Source: an uncultured delta proteobacterium
GTDB taxonomy: Bacteria; Desulfobacterota; Binatia; UBA9968
Direction of reading: 5' to 3'
Assembly: GCA_963816145.1 (NCBI GenBank)
Contig: CAWFJP010000014.1
Span: 576,001-640,000, forward strand
DNA length: 64,000 nt
Of the stretch, positions 57,450 through 64,000 are shown piece by piece. The notes below the pieces were generated by a model. It had not been told where the DNA came from. It ran no database searches and saw nothing but the letters and a program-made list of their open reading frames with translations. Positions within the stretch are counted from its first letter, which is position 1, and each line of letters begins with the position of its first letter. The position numbers and the translations under genes were made by a program.

Positions 57450-58475
57450 TCATTTCGGTATCAGGGTGCTGATCAGTTTCGCTTTGGTCGCGGGATTTAA
57501 TTTGAACAGATCGTCGACCAATTTCTTGACCTCTTCGCCGGTGAGCGGGTTGATGTCGAGATTGGCTTTCTTTGCTTCAACGACAAACTCGGGATCGGTC
57601 AAAGTCTTGGCAAGCGCATTGCGCAGGATCTGCAAGCGATCTGTAGGAATGCGGGGGGTTGTTACGTAGACGCGGACGATGGCAGCAGGGTCGATGGCTC
57701 CAGCTCGCAACAGTAGCTTGGCTTCGTCGCTCTTAGCGAGATCGAGAGCCAAGGGCGCGTTGGGAATATCCGGCAGTTTTTTCGCCGTTACCTGCAAGAC
57801 GACATTAACGTCGCCCGCCGGAATCGCCTTGGCCCAGGCGGTTTTTAGTGTCTCCCACGCCCAGCACGCGCCATGCAGTTCACCGGCGTCAACCGCGAGG
57901 CGAATCTCGTTAGTTCCTTTATATCCTTCGACCAGCTGCACGGGCAGATTGAGGGCGGTTTGAATGATGCGCGCGACATCGCTGGTGCTGTTGCCGGGAC
58001 TCAAGCCGCCCAATTTGATTGGCGTCTTTGACGACGCCCATTGTTCCATGTTGGTCACGCCGCTGGTTCGGCTCAAGGCGCAGACCGGGTTGTCTTGAAC
58101 CGGTACGCCTAGATATTCCAGCTCGCGCATATCGATGTCGATACCCTTCATGCCGAGGACCCGGCCGAGGATCAATCCGCCGTTGAACATGCCGATGGAC
58201 AGGCCATCCGGTTTGGCGCTGCCGTGCACATACTTTGCGGCGATGAAAGTTCCCGCGCCGGTCATGTTTTCGACGATCAAGGACGGGTTGCCCGGAATAT
58301 GTTTGCCCATGTGGCGCGCCATGGCTCGAGTGTAAATGTCGAAGCCGCCGCCGGGGCTGCCGCCGACGATGACGCGAATGACTTTACCGCGATAAAAATC
58401 TTCAGCGATAACAGGATGAGACGCCGCCAGCGAAAAAGTGCAGAGCAACAGTACGGACCGGAATTTCATCGGCAT
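57450..58475 (-). CDS. Tripartite tricarboxylate transporter substrate-binding protein (TctC/Bug-like)
   Basis: FYRGKVIRVIVGGSPGGGFD.Y.R, VENMTGAG, KPDG, GYKG, GELHG; start 58475 or 58469. Confidence 0.88.
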   Translation of the reverse strand: MPMKFRSVLLLCTFSLAASHPVIAEDFYRGKVIRVIVGGSPGGGFDIYTRAMARHMGKHIPGNPSLIVENMTGAGTFIAAKYVHGSAKPDGLSIGMFNGGLILGRVLGMKGIDIDMRELEYLGVPVQDNPVCALSRTSGVTNMEQWASSKTPIKLGGLSPGNSTSDVARIIQTALNLPVQLVEGYKGTNEIRLAVDAGELHGACWAWETLKTAWAKAIPAGDVNVVLQVTAKKLPDIPNAPLALDLAKSDEAKLLLRAGAIDPAAIVRVYVTTPRIPTDRLQILRNALAKTLTDPEFVVEAKKANLDINPLTGEEVKKLVDDLFKLNPATKAKLISTLIPK

Positions 58476-58673
58476 GCCTCCGAGTTGGCTGATTATGGTG
58501 GAATTCAGGTTCAAGTCAACGTCTGTTGCTGCACCAGGATCACGGTCCCCTGGGGAATGGGTGTAACCGCATTTCTTTGCTGAAGAAGAGGTTTTTCATG
58601 CGCGCGTCGGTGTCCAGTCAGGAGTCAGGAGATCTCTTTACTACTTACCCCTAGATCCTCACTGCTTTTTCTC

Positions 58674-60131
58674 TTAATACGGTCCGCCGGCACGCTTTCT
58701 TGCTGCATGAAAAGCTTCCGCAGCTTTGTTGATAACCTCCTCGGTGTCGATGGCGACCAGTTCGCCTTTGTGTTTGAGGATTCTGCCGTCGATGACTACG
58801 GTGTCGACATTCGACGGGTTGGCTTGTTGGACCAGCAACAGCGCCGGATTGACGAACGGCGCGACGTTAATGTCGTTGGTTCTGACCATAATTAGATCGG
58901 CGCGTTTGCCCGGGGTCAGCGAGCCGGTGCGGTCGGCGATGCCCAAGTCTTTGGCGCCGTCGAGGGTGGCCAATTCCAAAATCCGTCTGGGTTGCACTTC
59001 CATCACATCCATCGAGCGTAAATGATTCAACTGCAACATGAGGCGCATGATGCTGAACATGTCGGCGTTGCCGCCCACCGTCGTGGTGTCGACTGATAGA
59101 CTGCACTGCACGCCGCGTTTCAATAGATCGCCGAGATAGGGCAGCCCCGAGGCCAGGCGCGAGGCGGTGTAGGGCGCGATGCTATTATGCACCTTGGTCT
59201 CGGCCATCATGGCTCGTTCTTTTTCCGACGCGCTATAGGTGTGAATCAGCTGAACGTCGGGGCCAAGCAACTTGTCGTTGTAGAGCATCTCGATGCGGTG
59301 GAAGCGTTTGATCTCGGCGATGGAACGGCCGGCGTGCTGGGTGATCGGCAGGCCGATGCTGCGCGCGAATTCCCACTCTTTGCGGTAGACCTCCGGCGGC
59401 GTGTCGCCGGCGCCGCGGGAGGCAAACCCGATGGTCAAAAGTCCCTCATTCGATGCACCGAACCATTCCCGTTTGACCCGCGCGATATCGTTGAAGTCAG
59501 CGGTTTCTTTGGGCTTGAGTTGCAAGTTGCGGCTGTAGCCGTAGGAAAAGCGCGCCCGAATGCCGCAGTCGCGCAAGGCGCGCAGGTCAGCGTCGGCGTA
59601 CCGGCCATCGATGATATTATGCGACCAGTCGTGAATCGTCGTCAGGCCGGAATAAATCGCTTCGGTAATTCCCAGCCGTGCGCTGGCGTAGGCATCCTCC
59701 GGCGTCATCACCGGTCCCAACTTGCTCATCACTGGAAAATAGTCGAAGTCGCCGTCGGCGACCACGCCACGGGCGAAGCTGCCCCAGAGATGGAAATGGG
59801 TATCGATGAAGCCGGGACAGGCGATGCGGTTGCGCCCGTCGATGACTTCGGCGTTGGGCGCAGTGAGATTCGCACCGACGGCGACCAACGCGCCGTTGCG
59901 CACGTGGACATCGCCATTCGGTATATCGCCGAGTTTCGGGTCCATGGTTACGACATAAGCATTGCGCACGACGAACTCGCCGCGCGGCGGCAGCATGCCG
60001 GAGGTGCGATCCGCCGCCCATAGACGCGAGCTTTGCCGTGATGTCGCTGAACATGCCGCCAAACCAGCCGCGCTTAGTACAGTCACCGCGCCGATGAAGT
60101 CACGCCGACTAATGATGTTTCTTACCGCCAT
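58674..60131 (-). CDS. SsnA/TRZ-ATZ-type metallo-dependent deaminase, predicted Tat lipoprotein
   Basis: SRRDFI...GLAAC lipobox; PGFIDTHFH; ATLDGA..LG; GSLTPGKRAD. Confidence 0.88.
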   Translation of the reverse strand: MAVRNIISRRDFIGAVTVLSAAGLAACSATSRQSSRLWAADRTSGMLPPRGEFVVRNAYVVTMDPKLGDIPNGDVHVRNGALVAVGANLTAPNAEVIDGRNRIACPGFIDTHFHLWGSFARGVVADGDFDYFPVMSKLGPVMTPEDAYASARLGITEAIYSGLTTIHDWSHNIIDGRYADADLRALRDCGIRARFSYGYSRNLQLKPKETADFNDIARVKREWFGASNEGLLTIGFASRGAGDTPPEVYRKEWEFARSIGLPITQHAGRSIAEIKRFHRIEMLYNDKLLGPDVQLIHTYSASEKERAMMAETKVHNSIAPYTASRLASGLPYLGDLLKRGVQCSLSVDTTTVGGNADMFSIMRLMLQLNHLRSMDVMEVQPRRILELATLDGAKDLGIADRTGSLTPGKRADLIMVRTNDINVAPFVNPALLLVQQANPSNVDTVVIDGRILKHKGELVAIDTEEVINKAAEAFHAARKRAGGPY

Positions 60132-60468
60132 AGCTGATTCCCTTCCGGTTCCTTTTTATAAACTCTGCTTCTGTGCGTTTGGATCGTAGTTGCGGAGCAC
60201 TCGACGAGTCAAGATAAAAACCGCCGCGCTACGATAGGTGGGGGGGGGCCTATGGGCCGTATTCTGAGATTTTGGCACCCAGCGGTCGAACAAGGAGGTT
60301 TGATGATCGGGGATATAAACGACACCCGGCGGAATCGCCGCCTTCGAACCTTCATCAACGATCTTCGAGCCCGTAGCTCATTCAACCACCACGGCGCTCC
60401 CTGTTGCTTTATCCTGTGACGCTCGCTACAAATTAGGGCCTACCTTCATCTTTACTTAAGGAGCGCTC

Positions 60469-63162
60469 ATGGCACAGAAGTATGTAGACAGTTTCGGCAC
60501 GCGTAAGGTCTTGGCCGTCGACGGCGAGAGCTACGATATCTTTCGCTTGGATCAGTTGGAAAAAGCCGGATTCAAGAACGTCTCGCGTTTGCCAGTGTCG
60601 CTTAAGGTTTTATTGGAAAACTTGCTCAGGCAAGAAGACAACCATCACGTCAACAAGGCTGACATCGAGGCGCTGGCCAATTGGAATGCCAAAGTAAAAT
60701 CGGGAAAAGAAATTGCCTTCATGCCGGCGCGAGTGTTGATGCAAGACCTGACCGGCGTGCCCGCAGTCGTCGATTTGGCGGCCATGCGCGAGGCGATGAA
60801 GCGGCTTGGCGGCGATCCGAAAAAGATCAATCCGCTGGCCCCCGTCGATTTGGTCATCGACCATTCGGTTCAGGTCGATTATTTCGGCACGGCGGATGCA
60901 TTCCAGAAAAACTCTGAAATCGAATTCGAGCGCAACGTCGAGCGCTATGCGTTTCTGCGCTGGGGCCAGATGGCCTTCGATAATTTCCGGCTGATTCCAC
61001 CCGATGTGGGTATCTGCCATCAGGTGAATCTCGAATACTTGGCGCCGGTGGTTTTTCGCGCCAAGAAAGACGGCGCTCATTTCGCCTATCCCGACACGGT
61101 GGTCGGGACTGACTCTCATACTCCGATGATCAATGGCCTGGGTGTCGTCGGCTGGGGCGTCGGCGGTATCGAGGCTGAGGCAGCACTACTCGGCCAGCCG
61201 ATCATCATGCTGATTCCCGAAGTCATCGGTTTCAAACTGCACGGCAAACTGCCCGCCGGGGCGACGGCGACGGATTTGGTCCTGACCGTCGTGCAAATGC
61301 TGCGCAAAAAGGGCGTAGTCGAGAAGTTCGTCGAGTTCTACGGGTCGGGGTTGTCGAGCTTGAGCCTCGCTGACCGCGCGACCATCGGCAACATGGGGCC
61401 GGAGTACGGCGCCACCGTCGGCTATTTTCCCATCGACGATGAGACGCTGCGCTACATGACGCTTACCGCGCGCGATCCGCATCTGATAAAATTAGTCGAG
61501 AGCTACGCCAAAGAGCAGGGCATGTTTCGCACCGACGCTTCGCCCGATCCGATGTTTACCGACACGCTCGAATTGGATCTCGCCTCGGTGGTGCCGAGCA
61601 TCTCCGGTCCGCGCCGGCCGCAAGACCGCATTGCGCTGACCGATAGCAAGAAGGCGTTTGCCGAAGCTTTGCCGTCGTTGATGAAGACCAAGGATGCGGC
61701 CAAGACCGTGGCGGTGCAGTTGAACGGAGATAAGTTCAATCTCAAGCATGGCTCGGTGGTGATCTCAGCGATCACCAGCTGCACCAACACGTCCAATCCG
61801 TCGGTATTGATCGGCGCCGGTCTCTTGGCCAAAAAAGCCGGCGAGAAAGGGCTCACGCGCAAGCCCTGGGTGAAAACCAGCTTGGCGCCGGGCTCGCGCG
61901 TGGTTACCGAGTATTTAAAGGACAGCGGCTTGTTGCCGCATTTGGAAAAGATCGGTTTCAACGTTGTCGGCTATGGTTGCACGACTTGTATCGGCAACAG
62001 CGGGCCGTTGCCCGAGGCAGTGGCCAACGGCATTCAAGAGGGCGATCTCGTCGCTGCGGCGGTCTTGTCGGGCAACCGCAACTTCGAGGGCCGCATTCAT
62101 GCCAGCGTGCGGGCGAATTATCTGGCGTCGCCGCCTCTGGTGGTCGCTTACGCTCTGGCCGGCAGCATGGATGTCGATCTCTATAACGATCCGCTGGGCA
62201 ACGATTCTACCGGCAAACCGGTCTATTTGAAGGACATCTGGCCGACGCCGCAGGAGGTTCAAGAAGTGATGAATAAATCGGTGCGCCAGGAAATGTTCAA
62301 AAAGGAATACAGCCAGGCCGCCGAGGGGGATGCGCGCTGGAAGGGCATGCCGGTGCCGCAGGGCGAACTGTTCCAGTGGGACATGCAGTCAACCTACGTG
62401 CGCGAAGCGCCATACTTCGACGGCATGGGCAAGACACCAAACCCGATCAAATCGATTACCGGTGCGCGGGCGTTGGCATTGCTCGGCGATTCGGTCACCA
62501 CCGATCATATTTCGCCGGCCGGTTCCATCGAGAAAAACGGTCCGGCGGCACGTTATCTCACCAACAACGACGTATTGCCCAAGGATTACAATCAGTACGG
62601 CGCGCGGCGCGGCAATCATGAAGTGATGATGCGCGGCACTTTTGCAAACATTCGTTTGAAAAATACCTTGGCGCCAGGCACCGAAGGCGGCGTGACGGTG
62701 CACCTGCCGGACAAGAAGCCGATGTCGATTTATGACGCGGCGATGCAGTATCAAAAGGAAGGCACGCCGCTGATCGTCATCGCCGGAAAGGAATACGGTT
62801 CCGGCTCGTCGCGCGACTGGGCCGCCAAGGGACCGCGTCTGCTCGGTATTCGCGCCGCCATCGCGGAGAGCTACGAACGGATTCATCGCAGCAATCTGAT
62901 CGGCATGGGCATCGTGCCTTTGGTGTTCAAGCCGGGAGAAAATCTTGCAAGCCTTGGACTCACCGGCTTCGAAAAATTCGATATTCTTGGCATCGGCCCT
63001 GACTTGAAGCTGCGCCAGGAGCTGACGGTCAAAGCGACGGCGGACGACGGCAAGACGACCGAATTCAAAGTCATCTGCCGCATCGATACGCCGGCGGAAC
63101 TGGACTATTACCGGCATGGCGGCATTTTAGAGTACGTGTTGCGGCAGTTGCTGGCGAACTAG
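60469..63162 (+). CDS. acnA: Aconitate hydratase A
   Basis: [54 protein letters not shown]. Confidence 0.98.
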   Translation: MAQKYVDSFGTRKVLAVDGESYDIFRLDQLEKAGFKNVSRLPVSLKVLLENLLRQEDNHHVNKADIEALANWNAKVKSGKEIAFMPARVLMQDLTGVPAVVDLAAMREAMKRLGGDPKKINPLAPVDLVIDHSVQVDYFGTADAFQKNSEIEFERNVERYAFLRWGQMAFDNFRLIPPDVGICHQVNLEYLAPVVFRAKKDGAHFAYPDTVVGTDSHTPMINGLGVVGWGVGGIEAEAALLGQPIIMLIPEVIGFKLHGKLPAGATATDLVLTVVQMLRKKGVVEKFVEFYGSGLSSLSLADRATIGNMGPEYGATVGYFPIDDETLRYMTLTARDPHLIKLVESYAKEQGMFRTDASPDPMFTDTLELDLASVVPSISGPRRPQDRIALTDSKKAFAEALPSLMKTKDAAKTVAVQLNGDKFNLKHGSVVISAITSCTNTSNPSVLIGAGLLAKKAGEKGLTRKPWVKTSLAPGSRVVTEYLKDSGLLPHLEKIGFNVVGYGCTTCIGNSGPLPEAVANGIQEGDLVAAAVLSGNRNFEGRIHASVRANYLASPPLVVAYALAGSMDVDLYNDPLGNDSTGKPVYLKDIWPTPQEVQEVMNKSVRQEMFKKEYSQAAEGDARWKGMPVPQGELFQWDMQSTYVREAPYFDGMGKTPNPIKSITGARALALLGDSVTTDHISPAGSIEKNGPAARYLTNNDVLPKDYNQYGARRGNHEVMMRGTFANIRLKNTLAPGTEGGVTVHLPDKKPMSIYDAAMQYQKEGTPLIVIAGKEYGSGSSRDWAAKGPRLLGIRAAIAESYERIHRSNLIGMGIVPLVFKPGENLASLGLTGFEKFDILGIGPDLKLRQELTVKATADDGKTTEFKVICRIDTPAELDYYRHGGILEYVLRQLLAN

Positions 63163-63166
63163 CGAA

Positions 63167-63234
63167 AGGATGAAGGACGAAGGCGGAAGGAATGAAGTAA
63201 GGATCGAACCCGAAATTTATGCGCTCGTCCTTCG
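63167..63234. repeat. 7-bp-period GGATGAA element
   Basis: AAGGATGAAGGACGAAGGCGGAAGGAATGAAG...CTCGTCCTTCG; related to 51790-51870. Confidence 0.6.
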
Positions 63235-63370
63235 TGAAAACTTTATTTCGAATTGGACAATCTTGTGACTACGACGAGAAGCGCTAGCGATATTAGGAAA
63301 AACTTCGCTGGCGTTTTTTTTTGCCCAATCGTTCTTGCGTAACGGCGCCAGCGCCGCGGAAGGAAAACCC

Positions 63371-64000
63371 ATGACAACGCCGGATTTCATCGGCAAATAT
63401 ACCGCGAACAACCCCGGCATCATGACGCTGCAGGGGACCAATCAGTACATTGTCGGTAAAGAGTCGGGGCTGGTCATCGATGTCGCGCTCAGCGCCGACT
63501 CCAATATGGACGGGATCATTGAGCAGGCAGAGGCGATGGGTGTGAAAAAAATCGCCAAGATTTTACTGACCCATATTCACAGCGATCACACCGGCGGCGC
63601 CCTGGCGCTGCGCAAACGCTGCGGCGCCAAACTCGGCATTCACCGCTCGCGCAAGGGGTATCTGGGCGGCGAAGATTTTCAGTACGACGACAACGACCGG
63701 ATCGATTTCGGCGGCGGCGAATTGCACGTTTTGCACACACCGGGCCATGAGTCGGGCCATTGTTGCTTCTACGAAGGCGGCGACAAGGTGTTGTTCAGCG
63801 GCGATAACATTCTCGGTTATGGCACGGCGGTGATCCATCCGCCGGACGGCAATATGAGCGATTACATGAAAACGCTCGAGCGTCTGCTCGGTTTCGAAAT
63901 GAGTTTGATCCTGCCGGGCCACGGCCCGCTGATCGGCAAACCGGAAGCCAAGGTGCGCGAGTATATCAAGCACCGGCTCGAGCGCGAGCAGCAGGTGCTC
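63371..64000 (+). CDS. MBL-fold metallo-hydrolase (LACTB2-like), runs off the right edge
   Basis: Manual translation MTTPDFIGKYTANNPGIMTLQGTNQY...THIHSDH...HTPGH...FSGD...PGHG. Confidence 0.9.
   Translation, partial: MTTPDFIGKYTANNPGIMTLQGTNQYIVGKESGLVIDVALSADSNMDGIIEQAEAMGVKKIAKILLTHIHSDHTGGALALRKRCGAKLGIHRSRKGYLGGEDFQYDDNDRIDFGGGELHVLHTPGHESGHCCFYEGGDKVLFSGDNILGYGTAVIHPPDGNMSDYMKTLERLLGFEMSLILPGHGPLIGKPEAKVREYIKHRLEREQQVL

Noticed and set aside
60240-60250. G homopolymer between the divergent deaminase and acnA genes as a phase-variable switch
   Set aside because: No identifiable promoter boxes bracket it, and homopolymer length is unreliable in this assembly.

Overview
GC-rich bacterial chromosomal window. 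The gene content (many orphan solute-binding proteins next to amidohydrolases, VOC, cupin and UbiD genes) resembles Candidatus Binatia or a related uncultured deltaproteobacterial lineage; this is inference only. About 55 CDS are present: acnA, class I fumarase, modAB plus an HTH/molybdate-binding regulator, two molybdoenzymes, a half-size MetE-like protein, an RluA-family synthase, four MFS and two EamA transporters, two TA pairs, an IS1182 element, and 16 solute-binding proteins with no cognate permease or ATPase. About a dozen genes carry single-base frameshifts that look like long-read assembly errors, so unusual start codons and breaks need read-level confirmation. Highlights: (1) a hidden selenoprotein (AhpC/TSA-like, U-x-x-C, with a SECIS-like hairpin) split by the ORF track at 42.6-43.2 kb; (2) an integrase-less integron cassette remnant with one clean attC at 16.1-17.4 kb; (3) many families of small palindromic or tandem intergenic elements that nest inside each other, host a MITE and the IS1182, and appear to be read in-frame into the N-terminal signal regions of several solute-binding proteins; (4) an orphan CdiI-like immunity gene. 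No rRNA, tRNA or CRISPR array was seen. All family calls come from motif recognition by eye, not database searches.
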